A program made the translations under genes and the position numbers. From NCBI GenBank assembly GCA_030704615.1, contig CM060734.1:20832001-20896000 (forward strand): a stretch of 64,000 bases of DNA. Reading direction: 5' to 3'. Below, piece after piece: positions 1 through 12,700 of this stretch. Under the pieces are notes generated by a model that searched no databases, was not told the origin of the DNA, and was given only the letters and a program-made list of their open reading frames with translations. The stretch is from Takakia lepidozioides (lineage: Eukaryota > Plantae > Bryophyta). Position 1 is the stretch's first letter; each line of letters starts with the position of its first letter.

Positions 1-799
1 TGATGCTTCACAGCTCAAGAATAGTCCTGCGAAGAAACCGGGTGAGGACGGATCCAGACGACAACCCCTCCCTCTCATGGAAGGGTTGCTTCAGAATCAC
101 GGCAGTCTCGTTGTACCGAACGCCAAGATCACCACTGACATCTCGAACCAACTTCTGTAAGCCTTCAACATTGTTAGGAGCTGAAGAAAGGCGTGGGGGA
201 GCGCCGGTCCTGCAACCCTCCTTGTCTCTCGTGCCCAAGCCTACGCTAATGGAGGAAGAGGGCAGGCCATATAACCGCTCAAGTGTCCTGCTTTACTGTT
301 TGTCGTGGGGGGGAAGAAAAGCACACTGCTCAAGCGCCCATAAGTTCAGGGTTGCTAGAAAAACCCATTACGCTGTGACGTAATCTGGCAAGTGGGTTGG
401 TATATCCTGTGAATAGGCCCTCGCACATGCACTTTGCTCATTCCCCTTCGCTGGCGAATTCGCCAGCGGTGGGCCCACCTCAAGGGATGGAAACGAACCG
501 CCCTAATCGGCACATGCAGGGAACGGTTGTTGGACCTGCCGCTTTGTTCCTTTCGGTGTTGGTTTTTACCGAAGCTCGGTGTTTGCCATTAGATGCTCGG
601 TGGCGCTTGTCAATATACGCTCAGTTGCTTGTTTATCAAACAACCATAGAAAAATGGACCGAGCTCTCATTAGGAAACTGTGCAATGTTCAAGTCCATAG
701 TGAGGCACTTGCTTGCACACAATGAGCCTTCAATAGGGTTTAGTTTCCTTCCAATTTTCTATGTCATTGCAAAGAGGAAGAGACGTCCACTATGCTTGA

Positions 800-1240
800 T
801 CTTGGGTACCCCCACTGATGCCGTCCAACTTATAGGAAACATCTACACATACAGTACCACTGAATACTTTGGTGCCTACTATGGCTCCACCCCTCCTATC
901 TCCATCCTCCGAGGAACCATCCAAGGAGACACCTTAAGTTCTTACCTATTCATTATCTTTCTAGAACCCCTACTCTGATGGCTAGTCCGTGACAAACTTG
1001 GGTATGAATACAAAACCTCATCAAGTAACATCTCAGCTGCAGCATATGCAGACGATCTCGCTATCCTGGCACACAAACCACAACACCTAAATCGACAAGT
1101 TAACAAACTATTTAGATTCAATCTATGGTCAGGCATGGAACTCAGCTTACACAAATGCGTCATCACTACCGCCACACATCACAGTCGGCTCACCAAAGCA
1201 ACCATAGCCTCACATTGCAAACTCTATGTACACTACCAAA
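800..1240 (+). mobile_element. Degenerate non-LTR retrotransposon RT fragment (Dualen/RandI-like)
   Basis: Translates to PTDAVQLIGNIY...RGTIQGDTLSSYLFIIFLEPLL*WL...AAAYADDLAI...SGMELSLHKC, covering RT motifs 4-6. In-frame stop at 976-978; truncated at ~1245 by the next element. Confidence 0.8.
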
Positions 1241-1245
1241 ACATA

Positions 1246-4200
1246 TGTCATGGTTTTAGTCATGGTTAACTAGAATTACCTACTTCTAGTTAATTAGGAT
1301 AATTTTCATATTAATATTTGTATTTTGTGTGTTGGGACTTCATTTGGTCTCATATGCCAAGTGAGGTGTCAAGCCTCACTTAGGACATGGGAAAGGGGTT
1401 TTCCCCTTGTGAGTGTTGAGGAGGGCTCATCTGCTTGTAGTTGAGCCTCCATGAGCTTCTCTCACCTCCATAGCTCTAGATATTGAGAGGGAGTGTGTTA
1501 AGGGCTTTGTAGGGTAGATTCCCTTAGCAAGGGTGGTCTTGGCTTGACTTAGTTTATGTGATAGAGTGGATTTCACTTGGAAAGACTAGGCTTGTTCATA
1601 GTGTGATTGCTTCATGCTTAGAGAGCTTTCATTGTCTTCCACTTCTCTCATTTCTCATCTCTTATCACTACAAGAAGATCACCTTATGCTTATGAGTGCG
1701 GAGTGTAAGGATTAGTTTTGCACTTGTATGTTAAAGAGGTTGAGAGCTAGGAGAATTTAGCTCTTGTATCACATGGCTTGCAAGGGGTTGCAAAGAAAGG
1801 TGCTCAAGTGTTGCATGCACCAAGGAGTTGGAGAGCTTGAGAAGAAAGCTCTTGAGTCACAAGATTTTGCAAGGATTGCAAGGAGGAAGTCTTGTGTGTG
1901 TGGAAACATGGATTGTAGGGTTTGAGAACCTTTGTATGCATTATGGAGTCAATGGTGTGTGCCATGGCTTGTGGAGAGTGACTAAACGTTTGTTAGTGCT
2001 CATTTCACTATCAAGCTAGGGTTAAGCAAGTTCAAAGTGTGGATGTTGGGGAAAAGATGCCAAGGAGCTACATAGGCTTGGGCTTGAAGACAACAAGGGC
2101 AAGTACTTGGAGAGCACTAAGAAGCTCAAGAGGTTTTGAAAGGGAGCATGTGAAGAAATCTTCCAATCATGGTGGTGTGGAGCCAAGCTTAGGGCGCCAT
2201 TGGAAGGGCTTGGAGAACATATGGTAGGAAATCCTTGAAGGGAATCATCATTCAATATATGCATAGCTTCACCCTAACTATGTAATATGACAAGAGGGGG
2301 AGGCAATACTTGGCTATTCATGCTCTTGGTAGTGCGAGCTTTGTGGTGGATAGTTGACCAAGCAAGTGGTGCATGTATGGAGCATGCTCTCTTGAGTTTG
2401 TAAGTTCAAGTTTGAGAAGGAGAGCTCTTGAACTAGCAAGAGGTGAAGGCCTTGAGATCCATTTGTGTGTGAAGTGGAGAGGTGTTGATTCATGTTATGA
2501 TGAAGGAGAGCAACACATAGGCCAAGAGGTCATGGAGCATGCATTCAAATGACCAAGGGGAGCACATGGATGATGGATTGGTGCAAGACCCCAAATGAGG
2601 CATATGGCGTGAGAGTAGGATGCAAGGCGGATTGTTTGGGAGCATTATTGTAAGTGACAAACATTGCTCCTACACATTGAGATAATTTGTGTTGATTTGG
2701 AGCAATTGTCAAGTGATGAGGAGACAAATGCATGATTGCTCGGCAATGGAGATATGGTAGCTTGCAATCAAATCCCAAGGACTAAAAGGGGGATTGATTT
2801 GGTGGACAATGACTTGCAAGTTGAGTTGGACCACTCTTGGTTGCACATTGGGGTGGAAGAGAGCAAGAAGATGTCTCTTATGACCACCTAGAGACCATAT
2901 TTTTGCTTGAGTAGAAGCATAGAAGTCAAGGACTTGCATTCTAGCTCTTCATTACAAACCTTAGTAGTGTATGCTAAGACTATACCTCTGTTAGTATACC
3001 AAACATGAGCTTGTCCCTTTGACTATACCTCTGTTCACCATATGTGAACCCTAATGTGAGACTATACCTCTATTAGTATACCAAACATAAACTTGTCCAT
3101 TTTATTATACCTCTGTTGAGGTATCACCATATGTGGACCCTAATCAGCTCAGACTATACCTCTGTTAGTATACCAAACAGAACCCTCATTTTCAGACTAT
3201 ACCTCTGTAAAGGTATCATCAACATAAGGGACCCTAGCAACCTCAAACTATACCTCTGTTAAGGTATCAACATTGAAAGGATTTAAAGAAATTTAAGGGC
3301 CTTTGGAGGATTGTTTGGAAGATATTTGAGGGCCCTTAGAGGAGTGTTTGGAGGATCTTTGGGGTCCTTGGAGGAGTATTGGAGGACCCTTCAATGAGCT
3401 TTGGTGGACAATGTTGAAGAGCTCGTGAAGGATTGATTGAGGGATATTTGAAGGATACTTGCCACGGCCATACAAGCGAGTGGATAGAGACAGGAGGGAG
3501 AGTGGTGGGATGAGAGCATTCTGGGGTTAGGAATTGCTTTAGTTTCTCTTCCTCATATAAGTCTTTCACCCTTTCTGTAGGCCAAAACCTTTCCGTAGGT
3601 GGAGGCAAGAGTTAGTCCGGGTTTGGGCTGGGGTGTTCTTGCAGGAGCGACACTGTGGAGTGTTTTTGGTGTGGGGAAGTTGCTGTCTTGATTTTCTTGT
3701 GTTTGGATCCCCTCCACACCTGCATGCTTGACTGTGCGTCATGTTAGCTTTGTGTGGGCGCTTGTTTTCATAGGAGGTTGGTCTGAATTTGATCACCGGC
3801 CAATCCTAGAGTATGTTGTCGGTGGTGAGGCTGAAGTGATGACCAGCAAGACCACCAGTGTTTCTTCTATGGTAAGGCTGGGTTGATGACCAATAGACCA
3901 TATGAGTGCTTGCGATGGATGCAGTTGCAGGTACAGGTCTACGTTAGAAACCTATTATTCCTGCTTGAACCAGTAGCCGCAACAGGTTCTCTACCCGGTT
4001 ACCTTGTGGAAAGTGAGGATTAGAGACAAGTTGACAATCGGTTGGGTTGTGAGTTTTTATCACGGAGGTGCCACCAGTTGCTGAGGGGAGTGCCGGTACG
4101 AGCAACTATTGGGTACACAAGACGAGGTGTGCGGTTTAGGCCACCTTCACCTTCAATGTCTTCTGAGGAAGGTTCAGACTCGGAGTCAGGAGGATTCTCG

Positions 4201-5940
4201 CCGAGGGTGTAAGTCATTTCCGTGCCATTGTTGTGGGACACGATGGATGAGATGTATGGAGCTACCAAGGGGCCACGTAGGTACTGTAGAGATGTGGGCA
4301 CCACCGAGCTTGATGACTTCATACAAGAGTTTGACAGTTGGTGTGATTTGCAGCAAATGCACAATCCACAACTGTTTACGCCCTTTATGGCATGAAATAT
4401 TCCAGCACCTTGAGGGGCCGCCCATGGATGATTACCATGAATTTAGGTGGGGACATGCAGTGGAGATTGAGGAGTGGCGAGAGTATTGGTCACCTAACTA
4501 TGTCTCCATCACTAGTGGTACAAGGGCAGCGGTGACACCAGCAGCTACACAAGTATCTCCAACTGCAAGCACTAGTAGTGGGGGGACAAGTGGTACATGA
4601 GCTGGGAAATCAATTCAAGCTCCTGCTGCAGCACCAGCACCCGTGCCTGCCTTTAATCCAGTTGTGGAGTTCTTCGAGGAGTTGAGGAGAAACTACCAAG
4701 GGATAAGGACAGAGAAGTTGCGGAGCTTGCAAGAGTTCCAACGAAGGCCTACTGAGAGTTTGAGGGAGGCTTACACTCGCATGAGGCGCTTGATAAACGT
4801 AACCCAAGGGGTTACAGAAGCTCAGGCAGTCATTTTCTGGTATGGGATCCTGGACAAGGAGCTGAGGAGAAGGGTGCGGGATGCAACTCTCCTACAAGTA
4901 GCCCAACCCACCTCAACAAATGTATTTTTTGCTGGCAGAGCGGATAGAACTCAATATGGTGGAGGAGCAGGTGGTTATGGTGGGATTTGACAAGGAGACA
5001 CAACGAAGTGGAGTTCCTAGCCAACAACAACCAACTCCCCAACATGCTCAAGGCAACGAGGGGGCTCAGATGAAGCCTAGGGAAGGCCATAGAGGATCTC
5101 CGATTCAGAGGTCTCTCCCTTCATTCTCAAGTCAGCAACAGACGAGTGTGTCATGTTGGGATTATGGAGGACCCCATGTCAAGAAGGGTTGCCCGGAGAG
5201 AGACAAAGGGCCGGCACTGGCACAGCCTACACAACTACACTATGGGCATTGTGGAAAGTATGGGCATGAGGAGGCCCATTGTTATGACTTGCATCCTGAG
5301 CTACGGCCAGGCCAGTTCCAAGGGAACAATGGTGGCCGAGGACGAGGTAATGTAGTCCAGAGAGGTAGAGGAGGTAGAGGTCGTGGTGGAGGTCGTAACC
5401 AAAACCAAGGAGCACAGGGTCAGGGTCAAGGTCATGACCAAGGCATGGTGGATAGACTTGCCCAGCTAGAACAACGTCTTGCTGCCATGACCACTACTCA
5501 TGTTGCGCCAGCTCCAAGGCCTAAGGTTCAAGCCCCACCTGCACAACCTGATCATATGCCTAGGGAAGACCAGATTGGTATGGGCTTCATGTGTGGAGCC
5601 GCACTTGCAGAGCCATTGCATGTATTGGACTCTCTTGCTGCTGTCACTCGAGCAGCAACGCGTGCTCCTAAGCCAAGAGGAGCGGATGTGGATATTGATC
5701 CTTAAAGGGGGGAAGCAAGTCGTCAGACAAGGCTTCCACAGTCCTTTACATTGGCTGAGACAGTGTCAGCTACGCCATCGACGGTACCCACTCGCCCAAG
5801 TGTGTCAGAGGTAGAGCCGCGAGTGTCATTGGGGAGAGCAGGTGTGGCTCGGGAAATGCCAGTGGGTGGTGCTGCAAAGCAATGTGCAGCCAGTTACCCC
5901 ACTCTTGGAGATGACACTAACCAAGTTAGGAATGAATGGT
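1246..5940 (+). mobile_element. Truncated Gypsy-like LTR retrotransposon: putative 5' LTR/leader plus frameshifted gag
   Basis: Starts TGTCA exactly where the RT fragment breaks. Gag-like ORF pieces at ~4100-5705 include FFEELRRNYQG..LQEFQRRPTESLREAY, degenerate Zn knuckles (CWDYGGPHVKKGC, HCGKYGHEEAHC) and an RG-rich tail. No pol seen, and the LTR/leader boundary is uncertain. Confidence 0.7.
2978..3272 (+). repeat. Tandem array of 7 ACTATACCTCTGTT-core units (~40-50 bp period, dimeric higher order)
   Basis: Core occurs at ~2979, 3022, 3061, 3105, 3153, 3196 and 3247. Alternate units carry ATACCTC-TGTT-GAGGTAT-type hairpins. Confidence 0.85.
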
Positions 5941-6761
5941 AACTAGTAGGCGGATGAGAATCTAACAAATGGCTATTTATTGGGGAAGGTATTATCTTGA
6001 TAGGTATATATTAACTGGGGAAGGTACATCATGAGAAAACTATAGCTACGTGGTCTCTCCTTAGGGACGAGGTAATAAACCCTAGATATGGGCTCCCAAC
6101 TCCATTATGCAATGAGGGCGTTTGGCATATCACAGCAAACACATTTGAGTCTCTTTTTGACTCCGCCCTGCCCTATTTTCCAGTCGCACAAATTGTATAA
6201 TCCACCGGCCGTACAAGAAAATCTCAGTTGCTATTCTTTCTTATGTGTTTTATGCCATCATTTGCTTTAAATAGTTCCGTAAGGAAATCATCGATGAGAT
6301 CCAAGAATAAATTATAACACGGGAGCAATGTGGGGTGGACGTGGTCCGGCTTCTGAGTGGCTCAAAGTCCCGCACCCTGATTTTTGTTCTGTGTCCAATG
6401 TGTTTCCGCGACTCATGAGAAGACTCGTGGCACTGACTGCGAGCGCTACGTGGCTGCGGCTGAGCGGCATTCGGAACTGCGCGCAGATGCAGGCGAGCCT
6501 GTGGGCTGGGGTTGGTGGCACGCCCCAATCCCACCGTGCAGCCAACACCACACGCTGGTTGAGTAGGTTCGCGTTTAGGCGCGTGGAACTCTGAATCTGG
6601 TGTGGATGGTAGAATGTATGTAGAGCTCTCGATACCCTCGAAGAATATGTTGTGGGGCAGGTGGGTTATGCGGAGAGGTTGTAGGGGAGTGAGCATAGTC
6701 TGAGCTGGTGTTGGTACACCGAAATGCTGTGCTATATTCTGTAACAGTTTGTCGAACTGCC

Positions 6762-9700
6762 ATGGTTGCATCTATGGCCTTGCAAATGCAGCATCCCAGC
6801 TGCTTGCCGCGGCCCCCGCCAGCACTGATGCCGTCTTACCCGTTTCCCCCCCTAACCGATATCACCCATTTCCCCCCTACTTCAGTTTGCGCGCAGGCCT
6901 CCTCGTCAACTGGCTGCCCTGCTTGTGCGGTAATGAGTGGAGCTTTCACGGGATTGAGACAGAGTTATGACGGGTTTAAATTGAGCGGAGATTTAGTGAC
7001 ACAAAACGATCACGGAGCGAGAAACTGGCAGGGCCTGAGCTCCAATGTTACACGATCAGCAGTCTTCCTTTCTGTGGCATGCTCCGGGAACTCGGTTAGG
7101 CAGCCAGAGACACCGAATCTGAAGATTGGAACAAGGATCGTTATAAAGAAGCGAAGGCAGTTTACCAAGAAGAAGAGTGCGTCTGAGGATGGGGCGACGG
7201 ATTTGGCGTGTAATCCGACGACTGACCTGAGGGCTTGCATATCCAATTCAAGAGCTCCTATTTTCTCCGAAATATCCAATCCTTCTGAAGCAGATGGAAT
7301 CCTGCAAGAAGACGAGGAAAGTGCTTGCGAAGATTCAGGTTTACAACCCACATAATTGTACTAGAACTGTACCCCCCTATAAAAAGGGATACCTGGGTCA
7401 ACCAACTATTTAATGGGGGGTGGGTATCTGGGGACTTTCTATTCCTTGGGGGAGGGGGCAACCGCGGTTGCCCGGGTGACGGCCGTTAGAAGATGTCCAC
7501 TTTTCAAACGGAAGGCGGGGGTGAAGTGACACCATAAGTTACTGTTGCTTCAGCAACAGTCTTCTCCCACCCATCGTGAACTGATTTGCTTCTTGCTATT
7601 GTAGTGCTCGTTCATGTTGCAGAGGGCAGAAAGTCAAAATTGCCAGGCGAGCTTTAAATAGCAAATTTGGTGCGCTGTGCTGACAACTGCACCTGCCCCC
7701 CCTGTGAACAGACCAATGTGGAGTTCATCTTCATAAACTCACGATTGAAGTGTCTAGAGCTTTGCCATTACTAAAAATTCAGACGCAACAACACCTTTCC
7801 TCGGTTTCTGATTCACCATGCAACCCTGTTTCTTGGTTGACAGATGGTGAGAGTGGCAGCTTAGTGGCTGGAGATCCATTAGGGAGGAAGGTGCTGGGCA
7901 GGGGAGCAGTGAGATGGATGATGGATGGCATGCGTGATATGGCAAGAGAAGTGGCTGCAGTTCAGGAGAGACGTGATAGCAGGGGGGTGAAGCTGCGCAT
8001 GGGAACAGGACACAATTTGGTGTTGCTTGCTCAGCCATATTTAGCGGCCAATCCAATGCCCCAGGGATGTGAAGCACTCTGCATTAAAGCCAGCATGCAC
8101 TATCCCACTGTTTCTGACCATTTCCAGCGTGAGTTGCAAGGGGCTTTGCAGTTGCTACAGGTATGATGCAAAGTGCGAACAGACTGATAGTCCTCGACCA
8201 GAAACACCTGGTCTCTAGGCTTAGAATCCTTTCCATTTAGGACAATGCCCCAGGTAGTTTGCTGTCCATCTCAAATCAATCATGCTTCGGTAATCGTATG
8301 ATCTTGCCTAGGTTGTGGACATATTACGAGTCTTGGGTTGCGCAATGATGGCTGCAGGAGGGGGAAGTAGTGGATGATTGGAAGAACACTGAGGCTTGGA
8401 AACTTCTCAAGAAGTTCGCAAAGTCTGGTGGGCTCCTTGTGCTGCCACCTTAAGTGTCTGTTGCTGTCTGACAAAACACTGACTGTGGTTGTCCAGGTGA
8501 CTTGGCTTCCTGGATGTTAGTAATGTCAAAACTATTCTATTCTATACGTGGAAGTATGACTGTGACCTGGCTGGTAGTAGAACGAATCCCAGGAAGCAAA
8601 GTCTTTCTTATTCTGATGGATGGTCCGCTTGAAGATGATGATAGACGCCTAAGGCCTGCATAAGCATACTCCTAGTGCACCACAGATACCTCACCCATGG
8701 TATCCTATGCAGCCCAACATATATTAACTATGAAAATGTCCTGTCGCATGGACAGGTGAGCATCGCGCAGTTGCAAGGAGAGTTCATGAACCCAAGCAGA
8801 TTCATGATCTGCTAGGTCTAACACGAGACAGAGTCTGTGAGATTCAGACACGCATCAATGAATTTGTGTCTCGAGCTCTTGAGCTTTTGCAGATTGAAAG
8901 AGATGCAGAACTGGATGCCACCCAGCAGTCACTTGAGGGGGCTTCGTCTGCTATTGGAACCCCTCCCGTTCCTCCTGTAGTGCTCAGTGAGGAAACAGAA
9001 GACCAGGGACTGGATCAGTGTGACTCTATTACCAACCTAACAGCAGTTGGTTCGACCACAGGTTCGTGCCCCAAGCTTCACATCTGCAGCAAGCTAGAGG
9101 GCTAGATGAGCAACCCATAACACACTTACTGCTTTCAACAAAAATGATATATGTGTGAGCTTATATTGACAATCTGCTGGCTATAACTGGAGTGTCACTT
9201 TGTGTTTCTGAGGCCTGATGTGAGTTTGGACATGTCTCAGTATACGCCGGTAGGCCAAGGTTAATCTTTTTAAGAGACTATGCCCTGAAGGATATGTCAT
9301 TGTCAAGTCTCGCAGGGAATGGTCAAGTAACTGCTTTTCTCTTTGTACTCTCTAACTGGATTTTTTGGCTCTGTCAAAGTCTGTACAGGGTCTTGAGGGT
9401 GGGGAGTCATCAAAGGACAGAATCCTTTCAGGCAGTCTACTGTAGGATTCAACTAATCTGCTCTTTCTGTAATCCTCTTAGGTTTGGGAGGTATGCACCT
9501 AGTCACCCTGTGTGCTGATGGAGGGGGTCACTTGCCACCTACCACAATCTCTCCAGGGGACATGGTGTGTGTGCGGATCTCGGACAAAAGGCAGGGCGGT
9601 TCAACCATGGAATGCATGAGAGGCTCCATCTACAGTCTCGGCGAGGATGGAGCCAGCATTGCAGTGGCCATTGAAGCCCGATACGGTGACCCCACCTTTT

Positions 9701-12700
9701 CTCGTTTGTTTGGCAAGTCCTTGCGTCTCGATCGTATCAGTGCTCTTGCTGATGCCACTACTTACCAGGTGTGTCTTCTGCTTTGGGGCTACATGTGTGA
9801 TTGATTGCCCCATGGTTCTCTCTTGTTGAGAGTGGATTAATTGGGGTTCTCATAAATTTCTTGGACACAGTAGTGCTCTTTCCACTGAAGAGGGATGATA
9901 GAGTGTTCAATGCATCCATTTAGGACCATCTGAAGGTAACTATTGACTGGCTTTTCTATTGGTTTGCTGATTGTGCAGCGGGATTGTGAGGCTCTGGAGC
10001 GGCTTCAGAAGCAGGGCTTGCAGAAGAAGAATCCAGCAGCTGCAGTGGTCGCCATTCTGTTTGGTGAAGGTCCAGAAGTTTGTTGGCTGGCACAAAATGG
10101 GCCAGGTTCCAACCCTGTCATTGACAATGTCTCCACGAAAAACAAATTTGACGAGTCTCAATGCCGGGCTATCGAGCTGGGACTTAACAATCGAAGGCCC
10201 GTGGTGGTAATTCAGGGCCCTCCAGGCACAGGAAAGACAAGTGTGGTTACAGAGCTGATAGAGAGAGCAGTGGCACGCGGAGAGAGGGTATTGGCCACTG
10301 CTCCAACTAATGCAGCAGTGGACAATTTGGTGGAAAGGCTTGCATTTGCAGGCCTCAATGTTGTGAGAGTGGGAAACCCAACCCGTGTGGCCCCAGCTGT
10401 GTCAGCAAAATCTCTAAGTAATATTGTAGATGTGAAGTTGGCGAGCTTCCGGCGGGACCTGGCAAGGAGGCGAGCGGACTTACGTAGTGATCTGAGGCAA
10501 TGCCTAGGAGATGATTCTATGGCAGCAGGGATTCGGCAGGTACTTAAACAGCTTGGAAAAACATTGAAGTTAAGGGAGAAGGAAGCTATCCATGATGCCC
10601 TTTCATCAGCCCAGGTCAGTGACCTCCAAAGTTGCTCCCAGTGGACATCTTCCAAATTTCTCTTTGTAGGCATAATAGAAACTACAAAAGACTTTTCAGG
10701 CAGTAAAGTAGCTTCGCAGTTATGACGTGGCCGAATGAAACCTCCTGAAGCCTTGTTATTGGCACTCAGTGCATGAACAATGAAGTTTGCTTCTAGCGCA
10801 CATCCACATGGTTCCTGGGTGTTCGCTTAGCCACCAAATTCTTGGTTTCTACATCACAAAGCATGCTTGCCTTCCATGTCCACAATACGCTTATTATCAT
10901 GCCAACTGAGGAAATCCATGGCTTCGCAGGTGGTTCTCTGCACCAATACAGGAGCAGGTGACCCTTGGGTCCGCAAGCTGGAGGCATTTGATCTGGTAGT
11001 GGTGGATGAAGCTGCCCAGGCAATAGAACCATCTTGCTGGATACCCCTTTTACAAGGTCAGCGATGTGTGCTGGCAGGGGATACTTGTCAGTTGGCCCCT
11101 ACTATAATGTCCCGGCAAGCCTTGGAGGGTGGTCTAGGCGTCTCTCTTATGGAGCGTGCTTCTGGCCTGCATGGTGGTATCCTAAGCACTACCCTTTCTA
11201 TGCAGTATCGGATGCATGGGGCAATAGCCCTGTGGGCTTCTCAAGAAATGTACGGTGGTCTTTTGAGGTCATCCCCAGCTGTGTCATCACACCTCCTCCT
11301 TGATTCTCCATGCGTGAAGGTACATGTGACCCCTTCCTTTTGGGATGCAGCTGTTGGAAACATACCCCAGTGTTGCCACCAAAGCACAGACCTTGCACTG
11401 TCTTGGCTCCCAAGAAATCCATGAAGTTACAATTCTGGTTTTGGTGGGTGGAGGACTATCTTAAGAAAAGAGAGGCCTCAATTATGTGTCTATAGTTTGC
11501 AAATGAGTTGATCCTTGAGAAGGAAATAAATTATGTTTAGAGGAGGCCTAGATGGCAGATGGATGCAGTAGAGCTGCAAGAGGGAACCAAAATGTGTGAA
11601 AAACCTAAACAGATTATCTGAAAAATTTGTTCCTGGGATAATTTACCAAATCAACAACATTAGAAACAAGTATTTGGAATTTTTTTTTCTTATGGATCGT
11701 TGGAGTAAGAACAGGCATATGAGCACTTGAAGGACCATCAGTCACAGATTAGCAGGTAGTTGGAGATCAACTTGGATGGATGCAATAAATTGGTTGTGTT
11801 ATGAGTGCCAGGCTACGTCTATAACAAGGGTGCCGATGCTGCTGTTAGACACACGGTTGCCATTTGGGAGCTTGATCCCTGGGTGCGAAGAGCACTTAGA
11901 CCCTGCTGGCACTGGCTCCTTCTATAATGACGGGGAGGCAGATGCTGTGGTAGAGCATATCAGGGCTTTGCTTGCTGCTGGTGCTGTGCCCTCCTTCAAC
12001 CCTGCTTTGTCTCTTTCAAATATCTCTCTACTAATAGGCTCAACTGTGAGTTGAGAACATGTATGTCAGCTATGCTCTGTGATGTTCAAGTGTAACGCCC
12101 TGTTAAAAAAGCTCAAAGGAATGGATTGAAGTGAGGTCCTCTTGGATCAGAATTCTGGTGTTATTACCACTTTGCATCAAATTTACGCTAGTGTTAAGAG
12201 CTCTCTAGAGTAAATCTGTAAACGATACCTTTGATGAGTTCAACTACTGGAGAAAGCATTCTGGAAGAGTAGTGTCCCCATCATGCTGCCTTCCATCCTT
12301 CTCCGGCTCTTGCCGTTCTGCATCGAGACTGGGCCTGGGATTTATGACCCCATTTCTACCACAAGTGCCTAGTGCATCTCTTGCTGCCTATTACAATTTA
12401 TGCTGGAAGTAAGAAGCATATGAAATGGAGAGTTGTTGAAGGTATGTTTACACTCAGCTTGTGATTTACTGCCCGTCTCTGTTGGCTGTCTTGCTCTTGG
12501 TGCTGCAGGTGTATCTGCAGCATCAATTGCAGTACAATCCCCGTATGTGGCTCAGGTGCAGTTGCTCCGCAATCATATTGAGGACATTCCAGGCGCTGAA
12601 GATGTCGAGGTCGCCAGTGTGGACAGTTTCCAGGGCCGTGAAGCTGACGCTGTCATAATTTCCATGGTATTTGTGCTTTATTTCCATCAAGGATAGCTCA

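Noticed and set aside
1-800. ORFs 3-383, 8-238 and the first part of 397-978 as genes
   Set aside because: No recognisable motifs; only the 3' part of 397-978 is RT-derived.
6250-6771. 173-aa minus-strand ORF upstream of the helicase
   Set aside because: It overlaps the probable promoter/5' UTR and has no domain signal.
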